Positions 25,301-39,700 of a stretch of DNA of 64,000 bases are shown piece by piece (within the stretch, counting starts at the first letter, position 1; each line of letters opens with the position of its first letter). Below the pieces are notes generated by a model. That model was given only the letters and a program-made list of their open reading frames with translations, ran no database searches and was not told the DNA's origin. This DNA is from Mobula birostris. Its lineage: Eukaryota. The translations under genes were made by a program, and so were the position numbers. The stretch lies in the NCBI RefSeq assembly GCF_030028105.1, contig NC_092397.1, forward strand, positions 35,989,097 through 36,053,096, given 5' to 3'.

Positions 25301-28300
25301 CAAAACTGTGCTGACTGTCTTGAATCAAACCAAATTTTGGTGGATCCTGTTCATCAGAAACTCTTCCAACAAATTACAGACTGATGGGCCTGTAGTTTCC
25401 ACTACCCTTTTTGAACAATGGCACCGCATAAACCATCAGTCCTGAAGTCACAGGAGCAGGATTAGGCCTTTTGGCCCATTCAGTCTGTTCTGCCATTCCA
25501 TCATATATCCCTCTCAACCCCATTCTCCTGCCTTCTACCCATAAACTTTGATACCCTTAATAATAATTAAAAATCTACTAACCTCTGCTTTAAATAAACC
25601 CACTGACTGCCTTTATGGCTGCCTGTGGAAATGAAATCCATTGATTCATCACCTTCTGACTAAAGAAATTACTCATCTCTATTCTAGAGGGGCATCTTTT
25701 TATTGATGGTGTGGTTTGGTTCTAGATTCCTCCATTATTGGAAACATCCTCTCACATCAATGCTATCTAGGCCGTTCAATATTCAATGTGTTTCTATAAG
25801 ATTCTCCCTCATTCTTCTAGACTCCAGTGAGTACAGGCCCAGATTATCAAATGATTATTATATCCTAACTCTTTCAGTCCTGGGATCATTCTCGTGAATT
25901 TCCACTACAGCCTCTGCAATGCCAGCACGTCCTTTCTTAGAAAAGTTACCCAACCCTGCTCATGATACTCCAAATAAGGTCTGACCAAAGCCTCAGCATT
26001 AGATCCTTGTTTTTATTTTCTAGTTCTCTTGAAATGCATGCAAGTATTACATTTGCCTTCCTCACTACCAACTCAATGTGTGCATTAACCTTTAGGGAAT
26101 CGTGCACTAAGACCCTTCACACAACTGATTTCTGTTCTCTCCCTGATTAGAAAGAGCCTAGGCTGTTATTCCTCCTACCAGAGTACATGACCACACACTT
26201 CCTTACGCTGTATTTTATCTGGCACTTCCTTGTCCATTCTCTAAATCTGTCAAGTGCTACTGCAGACTCCCTGCTTCCTCAACACTGCCTGTCTCTTCAT
26301 ATCATCCACAGTCTTGGCCTCAAAACTATCAATTCCACATTAGTCACCCTGTCCAATCATGTGCAACCTCAACTGGTGCCTGAGATGAAGCAAAATAATC
26401 TCTCCCCTGGCCTCCACAGTGTATTCTCCAGCTTCCCACAAAGTACGAGAATGTACCTGATAAGGCCCTGGAGATTTAACAACCTTAAAGAATTTTTGCA
26501 ATGGTGAAATAACTGTCAGAAATATTCGTGGATAGCCTCTCCTATTTCATTTGCCTCCACACACAGATGGCCATGTTCACCTCCAAGGAGAACGATTCTG
26601 TGTCTAACTTACCTTGCCCTATGAATATACCAAGAGAATCTCTTGGATTTTGCTCACTTTGCCTTCTGACTCATGATATCCTCCTTTTACCCTCCTAACT
26701 TTTATTAGAGATCCTATCTCTAATAATATTCTCAAATAATTTCCCGAGCATTTATCCAAGTCTCACCAGTCTATAATTTGTCTCTATTGCCTGAGGAACA
26801 ACATGCCCTGGAATATCAGCATTCCCTTCTCTGATCTCACTATCCTCCATGACCACACTGATGAATACTGATGAGAAGTACTGGTTTAGTCCCTCGCACA
26901 CTTCAGACATAAATTCTCTCCTCTGTGCTTGTGTTGTCGTACCCTCTCCGCAGTGCCCCTTCTCACCAAAGTTATTTCTTCTTCCCGTTTCACACTTCTG
27001 ATTCTCTCTCTAACTTCTCTCTTACTTGTTTCATGTTGCCAGAGGCCTTCTCCAATTTCTACTTCTGAAATATTCCTTATTCTTCATTTTCTTTCAGTCT
27101 GAATTCATAACATCTCTCACTATGCCCCTCTGCCAGACCTTACCATCCTTGTGTTTCCTCCTCATAGAAACAGTTCTGTCTGAATTCTGACCCGATTGCT
27201 TTTAAACATCATTTACATGTTCAATGTAGACAGTTGCAATTAACTGTACCCCAAATGACCACATTACCACCGGGTCCAGTCTTGTCCTTATTTACCGTTC
27301 CCAAAATGAAACTTCTATCAATGGCCAGGCTCATTTCCCAATACAATGTTTTCTCTGACCCCCTTCCCAGGTTAGACTATCCACTTCTATGTTAAGTAAC
27401 ATCCCAGTATTCTTCTAACATATTTGGTGATATCTAAGCCCCTGACTCTAAGGGAGTCCCAGTCAACATTGGGGAAATTTATCACCCACTGCAACTACCC
27501 TGTTGCTTTTACATCTTTCATTACCTGCTACATTTCTGTTCCTTTATCTCCTGCTGGCATTTGGGAGGCCTGTGGTATAATCCCATCAGTGAATGCACCT
27601 CTCTTATCCTGAGCTCCATCCACATTGTCTCACTGGATGAACCCTCCAGTGTGTCCTCTCTTAATCCCTCACCCACAATTCCATATAAAGGCTGATCTGC
27701 CATCAGCCTTCCTTGTATGTCAATCTTACTTCCCTGATTTTACAAACATTTACCTTCCTTCTGTTTGAATCTTTTCAGTTACCCCGTCTCCCTATTCATC
27801 TCAGTTAGGGAATTCCAGTGTTTGTTATACAGTGTTTTTTTTAATCATTTGTGGCCTTGTAGAACAGTGCAGGCATGGTTTCCTGTAGTCCACAGTTTTG
27901 AGTGCCACAGTCCCACACAGTTATCAGATTATGTAAAGGGAGAGGGAGTTTGATGAAGTGAACCTGGGCAGTTGGCACATTTTGCATGTCACAATTCCCA
28001 AGGAAACTTTTGATTGCCCGTAATTTGGAAGGTGGCAAGATCCAATAAAAAGAAGTTAGATTTAAACAGAGCGGTCATTGTATGAGTGGGACAGAATTGG
28101 AGTGAGGAGTTGAGGTTTCGTCTCTTCTGAGAGATGTAGGCCGTAGGTAGATATATTTTGATTTAATCTTTATTTCTTTTGTATTACACATTTAGAGCAG
28201 AGGGGATGCCAGACAAGATACTTGTCTTGGTGGAAGGAGACAGAGGGTGGTCATGGCAGCTTGTTATTCAGGTTGGAGGCCTCTGACCAGTGACAGTCAC

Positions 28301-30460
28301 AGGGATCGGTGCTCATACTGTCATTTGTCATCGATGTTAACAATTTCTCTGACATTGTACTTAATGTGATTAGTGAGTTTGCGGATGACAGCAATGTTGA
28401 TGGTAGAGTGGACAGGGAAGATTCTTTGAGAGTACAATGGGATCGAGATTAACTGGGGAAGTCGGCCAAAGAATGGCAGAAGGATATTGACGTGGACAAG
28501 TGTGAGGTGTTGCATTACGAGAGGTTCAACTCGGGAAGGATCTGCACAGTAAATTCTTGTCCCTTGGAGAGTAAGTATTACAGAACAGAGGGTCCATGAA
28601 ATACAGAAACATCATTCACTGAAAGTGACAACACAGGTAGTCAGGATGGTGAAGGTGGTGTTTGGCCTATTTGTGTTCATTAATCAGGGAACCGAGTAGA
28701 GAATTTGGGATGCTGTATGACAACCGTAAAAGTCGAAGTGAGACCACACTGTATTTTGCACAGTTCTGATCATCCAGTTGCAGGAAGGATGTCATGAAGC
28801 TGGAAAGTGTGGAGGGAAGTTTGATGAGGATGTTACTGACACTGGAGGACCTTAATTATCAGCAGAAACTTGGACAGACTGGGACTCTCTTTCTCTCTCC
28901 TGAGAGAGTAAGGAGCCGTCTGGTGACTGTCCTTTGTGTCAGGGTAGGGAAGCCTAAATTTACAGGGTAATTGTTTAAGGTGAAGGGCAAACATTTAAAA
29001 GCTACCTTACGAGTTGGGGATGTTGCATCTTTGATTAAGGAGACCAACACTGCAGTAATAAGAGGGTAAACATGAGGAATTCTGCAGATGCTGGAAATCC
29101 AAGCAACACACATCAAGGTTGCTGTACCTCTTCCTAGAGATGCTACCTGGCCTGCTGCATTCACCAGCAACTTTGATGTGTGTTGCAGTAATAAGAGGGG
29201 TTTTGATGAGGTCTTGTAAGTATAGGTTTTAAATAAAATGATGAATGATGATTTTGATGGGATTATACCGCCGGCCTCCCAATCCGCTCAGATATTGTGC
29301 AGCAGACATATTAGTAAATCACACAGAGGGGTAATGGGAACAAGCTTACAGCAGTTGGGCATTTCAACTTCCTCAGATTACCTTGTATGAAAAGTTTCAA
29401 TCTCCAGGAGAAATTTGGCAGACACAGGATCGGTTCATCCCTCAGCAGAAACAGTATTTGAAAGGGAGGATGAGGCAACCATCGCTAACAACAGAAGACA
29501 AAGGCAGCATAAAAGAACATGAGAGGGCAAAGAATATCACCAAAATTACTGGGAAGCTAAAGGATAATGAAACTTAAAAAAAGAAAAGAGCACAACTAAA
29601 ATAGCAAGATGCAGAAGTCAGATGAATTATGAAAGTAACTGGCCAATAATAGAAACAAGATACAAAAAGATTTATTTTCAGATATATGAAGAGTAAAAGA
29701 GGCAAGAATGGACAAGGTTTAGGTTTCCTATTCTCATCTTCGGACTCACACCCCTCCCTGATCCTCTTTTTACACTGTTTATTATATATTTCTTATTTTA
29801 ACTTTTTTAGAAATTGCTCTGTACTGCTGTAGCAAAACAACAAAGTTAATGACATATGTCCGTGATAATGAACTTGATTTTGATACTAATCACCTTCACT
29901 GATCAATGCCAGTGCACAAAAGGTTTATTAATGAGTTGGAATAACTTCCCTCAACTTTACTTGGAAGGATGTCGCGGATTACAGGGTGCTCATGATCACT
30001 TAGGGAAGAGGGTCAAGTGTGGCAAATGCATTTCAATACAGATAAGTGTGAGGCGGTGCATATTGGAAAGTCAAACCAGTGTAGAACTTACACTATGAAT
30101 GATCGGTCATTGGGGACTGGAATGGGCCGGAGAGATTTAGCGGTAAAGTGTACACACAGTTCATTGAAAGTTGTGTCACTGGTAGACAGGGTGGTGAAGA
30201 ACGGGGTTTCACATGCTGGCGTTCATTAGTCAGGGGATAGAATATATCAGTTGCGACATTATGTTACAGTTGTGGAAGTGACTGGCGGCCACACTTGCCG
30301 TATTGTGTGCAGCTCTTATCACTGTTCTAGGAAACGGGGTTAAACTGGGGAGAGTGTAGAAAAGATTTCCAAGGATGTTTCCCGGACCCGAGGTTCTCAG
30401 TTACACAGAGAGTTTGGCCAGACAATGTCCTTTGTCCTTTAATCCTTGGAATCAGAATTA
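22400..30460. mobile_element. Patchwork of decayed CR1 LINE fragments on both strands, plus short repeats
   Basis: Examples: 24145..24600 (EDTKSFFRY.K.KR..KV.IG.L), 23135..23368, 27521..27703, 30017..30229 (WQMHFNTDKCEAVHIG); individual boundaries not resolved. Confidence 0.7.
29067..29183. mobile_element. Short internally inverted Penelope-terminus insertion with 16-bp flanking duplication
   Basis: TGCAGTAATAAGAGGG at both 29051-29066 and 29184-29199. Confidence 0.75.
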
Positions 30461-30636
30461 GATTTATCACCGTGTTATATGACGAGGAACCTGTCGTTTT
30501 ATTCTGACAGCAGTACAGGCCTCTGAAGGTGCAGAGGTGAACAATGTGTCAGTATAATGCCAAGAGATTCTGGGAATCGCGACAACGCGGACAAAATGCT
30601 GGAGGAACCCAGCAAGTCAGGCAGCATCTCCCATCA

Positions 30637-30673
30637 GAGTCCTGATGAAGGGTCTCGACCCGAAATGTCGATG
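30637..30673 (+). ncRNA. Minimal type I hammerhead ribozyme-like motif (Penelope-derived)
   Basis: GTC-CTGATGA-A-GGGTCTCGACCC-GAAA-TGTC-GA: core boxes intact, stem III ACGT decayed to ATGT. Confidence 0.55.
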
Positions 30674-30752
30674 TTTATTCTCACCATTGATGCTGCCTGA
30701 CTTGCTGATTCAGAGAGTGTTTTAAAGCGGCGGGCGGCTTAGACGAGTATCA

Positions 30753-31254
30753 CTGTGTTTGTGGGTCCGAACACATCGCCGGATTTCCCAGTGCCTCCTG
30801 TACAAAATGAAAAGATTTCTCTGTTACGGGATGGCCCCACTCCCCAGCTCAGTCCCGAAGCAGGAATTAACCACAAAGTTTTAGATCGTTTCAAAATTTC
30901 AGCCGAAAACCAGAGAACAGGTCAACAATATGGAGAGAGATCGCGGGCAGTGCAGTAATGAAACGGGTTAAAATAGAAAGTGTTGCCTTTAATCCCGATT
31001 AAACTCTCTTTCCAGCGAACTTTCGGGCCTCAGTGACGGGCAGGGACCAGTCCGAGTCTCCGGAGTGTCCGATTTCAATTGGAATCGGAGAAATTTTGAG
31101 GAGAGAGAAACACAGAAAAATGAAGTCTCCGGGAACTGACAGGAGGATGTCTCCGCCCCGTCCGCTCGCTGCCTTTAAATTGCTCTGTGCCGCCGCCTTT
31201 CGCTTTAGTTCTCATTCAGTCAGATTGTGAGAAGGATTTTCCAGAGTCGCCGAC
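30753..31254 (+). promoter_or_regulatory. H1 promoter: TG-box, H1 box, GC box, TATA-like
   Basis: TGTGTTT 30754-30760; AAACACA 31108-31114; CCGCCCC ~31153-31159; TTTAAAT ~31174-31180; no proximal CCAAT. Confidence 0.75.
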
Positions 31255-31905
31255 ATGGCCGAGACAGCACCCGCCGAAACGGCTCCTCCAGCCGCACCCG
31301 CCGCCACAAAGAAGAGTCCCAAGAAGAAGGCGGCCGCCCGGAGCAAACCAGCCGGTCCCAAGCTGGGCGAACAAATCGATAAGATTGTGGCGGATTGTCG
31401 CGATAGGAAGGGGATGTCCGCTATGGCCATCATGAAGGCTCTGACCAGCAGCGGTGTCGATGTGGGGAAACGTCGCGCCCAGATCAGGATGTGCATCAAG
31501 AAGAGAGTGGAAAGCGGCTCCTTGGTTCAGACCAAGGGCGCAGGTCTTTCGGGATCCTTTAAATCCGGTCAAGGAAAAAGTGCCGTGAAAGCGGTGAAGA
31601 AAGCGAACAAGCCATCGGTAAAGAAATCTGCCATCAAGAAATCTCCCACCAAGAAATCTGGCGCCAAGAACCCAGCGGCTAAGAAAGCGGCAGCGAAGAA
31701 ACCAGCGGTTAAAAAGGCGGCAGCTAAGAAACCAGCGGCTAAAAAGGCGGCAGCTAAGAAACCAGCGGCTAAAAAACCGGCTGCTAAGAAACCAGCGGCT
31801 AAAAAACCGGCAGCTAAGAAACCAGCGGCGCCGAAGCCAAAGAGCCCCAAGAAACTCGCAGCCCCGAAGAAGAAGGCGGCCAAGAAGACAGCAGTCAAAA
31901 AGTGA
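31255..31905 (+). CDS. H1: Linker histone H1, 216 aa, divergent globular domain
   Basis: MAETAP N-terminus, LVQTKGAGLSGSFK wing motif, K/A/P-rich tail with SPKK sites, 3' stem-loop. Confidence 0.97.
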   Translation: MAETAPAETAPPAAPAATKKSPKKKAAARSKPAGPKLGEQIDKIVADCRDRKGMSAMAIMKALTSSGVDVGKRRAQIRMCIKKRVESGSLVQTKGAGLSGSFKSGQGKSAVKAVKKANKPSVKKSAIKKSPTKKSGAKNPAAKKAAAKKPAVKKAAAKKPAAKKAAAKKPAAKKPAAKKPAAKKPAAKKPAAPKPKSPKKLAAPKKKAAKKTAVKK

Positions 31906-31941
31906 ATTGAGATATACCGTTTGTAAGTGTTTGAACCCAAC

Positions 31942-31980
31942 GGCTCTTCTCAGAGCCACCCACATCTCAGAAAAGAGCTG
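31942..31980 (+). terminator. Histone 3' stem-loop and HDE (H1)
   Basis: GGCTCT-TCTC-AGAGCC at 31942-31957; AAAAGAGCTG at 31971-31980. Confidence 0.95.
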
Positions 31981-32741
31981 ATCGTGAATATTGTGATTCC
32001 CGCTGTGGGTCAGTCTGAGTTTTGCGGGGTAACTTCTCGCATAAAACCCGATATTCCCGGTACCACTCTGACATTCAGTGCGGCCGTGGCGTCCCAGATT
32101 TGAAGTGAAACACTGCGTTTCACTCGGGCTGTGTGTGTGAGAGAGAGTGAGACCGGTGGGGTAGTCTGCAGGCCCAGTTCCTTCTCCCGCTCCAGGACAG
32201 CGTGACTGAGATTCCGCGCCTCGCATCCCAAGGCCCGATTCAGCTGAGTTGATTGGGAACTGCTGAAACCTATGTGAGAGGGGAGGGGGAGTCTTGAGAG
32301 AGGGATCTGTCTCTGGGGATGGACTGTAGGGGAAAGATGTATGATAAACTACCCGGTGACTTTGCAGGCTGACCTTCAATCAGGTATGAGCCACAAAACT
32401 GCATAAGTTTATTCACACATAAGCACTACTGCCTGGGGTCACCGCTCACGGAAATCCCTCTCTCTACCCATCGGGACCGCATGCTCCCACTCCAAGGACA
32501 GCCGGGCATGTCCAAAGCAAACAAAACAGAACAGCCGCAGCAGCTGTACATGGCATGTTAGTGGGAGAAGTGAAGGGCCAGGTGAGACCCTGACGGGGAG
32601 GGAGCGCGTTCATCTCCAGTCCCTCGCTGAATCAACCAGACGGCAGAGAACAGCTGATGATCGCGGTCAATCAGTGCAAAAACCGAACAACCTCATCAGG
32701 AGGGCAGATCGTCACTACGATAATACACAGATCAGCAAGCG

Positions 32742-32783
32742 ACAGCCCTTTCCTTTGCTGTGGTAGTGGCTCTTAAAAGAGCC
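32742..32783 (-). terminator. Histone 3' stem-loop and HDE (H3)
   Basis: Minus strand GGCTCT-TTTA-AGAGCC at 32783-32768; GGAAAGGGCTGT at 32753-32742. Confidence 0.95.
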
Positions 32784-32812
32784 TTTTCTTGTGCTGGGTG
32801 TGGAGGCCGGGT

Positions 32813-33500
<688 letters not shown>

Positions 33501-33824
33501 AGAGCACCCAGCAACGGTGCTTGATTACTTTATTTACAATTAATTGTATGACGAATTATACAATTTCAGGTTGATTTAATAAATTTAATATATAATTTCC
33601 TCAGTTAAGATTTAAATGCACAACTACGGAATCGTTCTCCAAACGAGTGAACTGATTTCTGTTCAAAACTGATAAGAGGATTAAGATCGATCCTAATGCA
33701 GGTTTTGCGGTAATCACCGACTGGAAAGGCAGAATTCAAGTATGTTCCATGCGGAATCGATCAATCTGTTTCAAATGCAACCTAGCTGAGTATAAAATAA
33801 AAAAATATCTAAAAGGTTGCGGAT

Positions 33825-33866
33825 ACAGCTCCGTCTGTGAGGCGGTGGGTGGCTCTTAGAAGAGCC
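33825..33866 (-). terminator. Histone 3' stem-loop and HDE (H4 copy B)
   Basis: Minus strand GGCTCT-TCTA-AGAGCC at 33866-33851, then ACGGAGCTGT. Confidence 0.95.
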
Positions 33867-33899
33867 TTTGTTTTGTGCTCGGGAGGAAGTGGGAGTTTT

Positions 33900-34220
<321 letters not shown>

Positions 34221-36794
34221 TCACTCAGGTCGCTGCTCACTGACAAACTGCCTGCTGCTGTCTCCTTTTATACACAGCGCCCCGACCTGCCCGAGAAACG
34301 CGCAGAGAGACAGAGGCGGGGAGGGGAGGAGACAGAGTCAGAGTGACGGACAGAGCCGAGAGCGGCCTCTCATCGTCAAGCTCCACCTTCACTTTGCCAC
34401 AACCGCCAATTTCCAACGATTCATCCGACACAAAGCGCTCCAGCGAAAAACAAAACTCCCTCACACACAGTCTGAAAAGAACGAGAGCCAATGTCAGGCT
34501 AATAAACATGGTGGGATTGATGGGCTGAAACGAGTTTATTTCAACATTAGGAGTACTATGTTATCGGACGGACAGGGCTGGCAGCTCAACATTCCTGGGT
34601 TTCATTGTTTTACATGTGAGTGGGGGGTTAAAAGATGCAGAGGTTACCCCACTGGGAATGTCACAGCAAACTGGAAGGCTCATTTACAGAGGCAATCTGC
34701 AGTTAAACTAATGGGATTATCGTATTGGCCCCCAATAACCACCAGGAGGTGGAGGATCAGATATGTTGATGCTTATGGAGAGGTGCAGAACAACAGGGTT
34801 GTCATAGTGAGGGACTTCATCTTCCCTAGAATTGACTGGATCTTGCTCAATACTTAGATGCGCAAGATTTGTTCAGGGAATTCAAGGAGTGTTTGAAACA
34901 TTATGTACAGGGCCCAACCAGAGTTGAGAACTTACGGGAATTAGTTTTGAGAAACGGGCCAGGCTAGCTGACAGCCAAGAGTCAGTGAACACTTTGGGAA
35001 CAGTGATCACAACTTTTCTTTACTTATGAGTAAGAATAAAATTAGATCTTGTATGAAGGTACTGATTTGCAGGAGGACAAGTCAGGACAGAGGAAGACAG
35101 GAGCCAAGGGGCATTGATTGGGAGCAGCCACTGTCAGACAAGTCCATATCTGACATGTGGGAGTTGTTTAAAGACCAGCAACTCTGAGCTGAGGATCATC
35201 ATATTCTGCTGAGGAGTGAGGAGAAGGATGGTAAGGTAAAGGAACTTTGGATGAGCAGAGAGATCCTAAATTTAGTCAAAAGGATATGGAAGGTTTATGA
35301 AGCTAAAATCAGACTGGGTACCTTTGGAATATAAAGATAGCGGGGAAATGCTAAAGCCAGGAAAGGCCAAATCGGGGCCACAACAAGTCCTTGTGGAGTG
35401 GGACCAAAGATAATCCCAAGGCCTTGTGATTTGTATTAATATAACGAGGATAACCAGAGAATGGAAAGGTCGACTCAAGATTAAAGGAGGAATGATGTGG
35501 TTGAAGTCAGATCAAGTGGCTGAGGTACTAAATGAGTACGTTGTGTCAGTACTTACCGAGGTGAAGGAATTGAAAACAGAGTGAGACATGCTAATATGCA
35601 GAGATGTGTTGATATTAAGGGGGAGGTTGTGCTGGGACGTCTGAAAAGCAATAAGATGGATAAGACTCCAGGGCCTGAAGGCAAATATCCTACAACAGTG
35701 AAGGAAACAAGTGAGCAGATTGCTGGGGATTTGACAAGGATCTATGTGTCCTCGATCACAACATGTGAGGTCCCACAGGACTGGAGTGTTGCAAATGTTG
35801 CAGCTTTGATCAAGAAGGGAAATAACAAGAATCCAGGAATCTATAGGCAAGGCAGCCTCATTTCTGTGGTAGAGAAGCTACTGGGGAGGATATTGAGATA
35901 CAGGATTTATGCTCATTTGGGAAAGGCATAGCCTGCTTCGGGACAATCAGCGTGGTTTTGTGTGGGCAGATCACGCTTGATAAAATTGATTACGGTTTCT
36001 GAGGAAGTGACACAGACTGAGATATAGGAGCAGAATTCGACCATTTGGCCCATCGAGTCTGCTCCGACATTTCATTGTGGCTGATCCATTTTTCCTCTCA
36101 GCCCCAGTCTCCTGCCTTTCCCCTGTATCCCTTCATACTCTGACCAATCAAGAATCTATCAACCTCCACCTTAAATATACATAAAGTCCTGGCTTGACAG
36201 CTCCCTGTGGCAATAAATTCCACACTCTCTGGCTAAAGAAATTCCTCATCTCCACATTCTACAAGGATGCTCCTCTATTCCGAGGCTGTGTCCTGATATT
36301 AGACACTCCCATCTTCTGCACATCCACTTTATCACTGCCTTTCACCATTCAATATGTTTCAATTGGGCCACCCCTCATTGTTCAGAAATTCCAGTGAATA
36401 CAGGCCCAGAGCCATCAAACACTCTTCATATGACAAGCCATTCAATCCTGGAAGCAATCTGGAGAACTTCGTTTGAAGCCCATCCGATTTCAGCTCATCC
36501 TTCCAAAGATCAATGGCCCAAAACTGCTCACAATACTCCAGTCAGACCTCCCCAGTACTTTATAAATTCTGATCATTATTATGATTGGCGCAGATATTGT
36601 GGGCCGAAGGGCAGGTTGCCATCTGTTCCATATTGTGTACTAATGAATATGTTTGATCTAACAGCTGCTGCAGGGACATGGTTACAGAGACTGGGAATTT
36701 GATATTCCACTGTATTCAATGTTCCACACTGAATCGGCAAAATGGAAATGAGCAGGGTGGATTTGTTCATAACGTGCTGGTGAAGGAGTGGATA

Positions 36795-39700
36795 CAGTGC
36801 CTATATAAAATGTTCAGTCTCCTTAGAAGTTTTTATGTTTTATTGTTTTGCAATGGATTTAATTTGGCTTTTTTGACACTGATCAACAGAAAAGACTCCA
36901 CGGTGTCAAAGTGAAAGCAGATCTCCACAAAGTGATCTAAATTAATTGTAAATATAAAACACAAAATAATTCATTGCCTTAGTATTCACCTCCTTCAAAT
37001 CAGTAATTAGTTGATGCACCTTTAACAGTATTTACAGTTCAGTCTGTGTGGATAGGTGTCTATCAGCTTTGCACATCTGAACACTGCAATTTTCCCCATT
37101 CTTCTTTACAAAACTGCTGAAGCTCTGTCAGAATGCATGGGTTGGTGACTGAACAGATCTTTTCAAGTCCAGCCACAAATTCCCAATTGGATTGAGGTAT
37201 GGACTCTCACAAAGCCACTCCAGGACATTAACTTTGTTGTTTTAAGGCATTCCTTTGCAGCTTTGGTTTTATGCTTGCAGTCATTGTCTTGGTGGAAAAT
37301 TAATTTTCTCCTAAGTCGCAGTTCATTTGAAGACTGAATTTGGTTTTCCTCCAGGATTTCCCTGTATTTTGCTGCATTCATTTTACCCTCTACCTTTACG
37401 TGCCTTTCAGGGCCTGCTGCAGTGAAGCATACCCACAGGATGATGCAGCCTCCACCACACTTCACGGTAGGGATGGTGTGTTTTTGATGTTGTGCAGTGT
37501 TTGGCTTACTCCAAACTTAGTGTTTGTGATGGTCAAGAAGTTCAATTTTGTTTTCATCAGACCATAGAATCTTCGTCCAACTAACTTCAGGGTCCCCCAC
37601 AATTCTGGGAAACTTCAGGCAAGATTTCATGAGAGCATTTTTCAACAGTGGCTTTTTCTCTGCCACTCTCCCGTAAAGCTGCGACTGGTGAAACACCCAG
37701 GCAACAGTTGATGTTTGCACAATCTCTCCCACCACTGAAGCTTGCAACTCCTCTAGAGTTATCATTGGTCTCTTGGTGGCCTCCCCCACTGGCCCCTTCT
37801 TGCATGGCCGCACAGTTTTTGAGGACAGCCTGCTCTTGGCAGATTTACAGCTGTGCCATATTCTTCACACTTCTGGATGAGTGACTTAAGAGTACTCCAA
37901 GGGCATTCAGTGACTTGGAAATGTTCTTGTATCCATCTCCTGGCTTGTGTTTTTCAATTACCTGTTTGCAGAGCAGCTCGGAGTGTTGATTTGTCTTCAC
38001 GGTGTAGTTTCCCCAGGATACTGACTCACCAGCAGTTCGACCTTCCACTTACAGGTGTACTATTACTACAATCAATTGAAACACCTTGACTGCACACGGT
38101 CATCTCCATTTAACTGATCATGTAACTTCGAAAACTAATTGGCTGCACCACTGATGATTTGGTGTGTCATATTAAAGGAGGTGAATACTTATGCAGACAA
38201 TTATTTTGTGTTTTAGATTCGTAATTAAGTCCCACGACCTCACTTCAGAAAATCGGACCATCAGGCCGTACTCCTCCTCCCGGCTTACAAACAGAAACTG
38301 AAGCAGGAGGTCACGGTGTCAAATGTAGTGTCGCATTGGACGGGGGAAACGGATGAAGTCCTCCGTGACTGCTTTGAATTGGTGGACTGGTTAGTATTCA
38401 AGGACTCGACAGCTAACCTCGATGAGTATGCCTCAGCTGTCACGAACTTTATTTGGAAATGCACGGAGGACTGTGTGTCTCGCAAGACGATCCAGGTATT
38501 CCCTAACCGGAAACCTTGGATGAATTATAAGGTCAAGTCTCTTTTAAAGGCTAGAGCTGCAGCTTTTAGGTCCAGGGATACCAGTCACTACACGGAATCC
38601 AGACGTGAACTCCGGAAAGCCATTAAGGGCGCCAAGAGGCAATATCGAGCCAAGTTGGAAGCCCAGGCGACCAGAGGGATGCCAGTAGACTATGGCAGGG
38701 TAAAATGAGATCACTGGGCGCAAAGAAAAGGCTGGGAATATCAATAACTGTGGCACTTCTCTTCCTGACGAACTTAACGTATTCTACGCAAGATTCGAAC
38801 AGAAGAGGATGTACCGGACCTGGTGGCATCGAGATTCATCGTCACCGAGGAGGACGTTAGAAGGGCCTTCCTGAAGATAAATCCAAGGAAGGCAACGGGC
38901 CCAGATGGCGTCCCGGGACGGGTTCTCCGGGCCTGTGCAAGTGAGCTAGCTGGAGTGTTTGCTGACATCTTCAACTGCTCCTTGCTTCAGACTGAGATCC
39001 CCTCATGTTTTAGGAATGCAACGATAATTCCAGTGCCGAAGAAGAGCAAGGTGGAATGCCTGAATGACTACCGACCTGTGGCTCTGACATCAATTGCTAT
39101 GAAGTGCTTCAAGCGATTGGTTATGACACACATCAACCACAGCCTACAGGTCAACCTCGACGCTTTGCAATTCACCTACCGGAGCAACAGGTCAATGGCA
39201 GTTGCCATCTCTCTGGCCCTACATTCCTCCTTAGAACACCTGGAGAATAAAGACACATACGTAAGGCTCCTTTTCATTGACTACAGCTCTGCCTTTAATA
39301 CCATCATTCCAAATAAACTGATTCCTAAGCTCTGGAACCTGGGCCTTAGCACTCAGTTCTGCAGCTGGATCTTCAACTTCGTCACAGACAGGACCCAGGC
39401 TGTAAAAATAGGGGACAAGCTCTCCTCAACAATCACTCTGAGCACCAGTGCCCCACAAGGCTGTGTACTCAGCCCCCTACTGTACCCACTGTACCCCCAT
39501 AATTGTGTAGCCAAGTTTCCATCAAACTCAATATATAAGTTTGCTGATGACACAACAATTGTCGGCTGTATCTTGGGTAATAATGAGTTTGAGTACAGAG
39601 AGGAAATTAAGAATCTGGTGGCATGGTGCGAAGACAATAACCTATCCCTCAACGTCAGCAAGACGAAGGAATTGGTTGTTGACTTCAGAAGGAGTAGCAG

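Noticed and set aside
31216-32379. 387-aa antisense ORF across H1 (also 31569..31940)
   Set aside because: Non-ATG start; openness is explained by the repetitive K/A/P codons of H1; no recognisable domain
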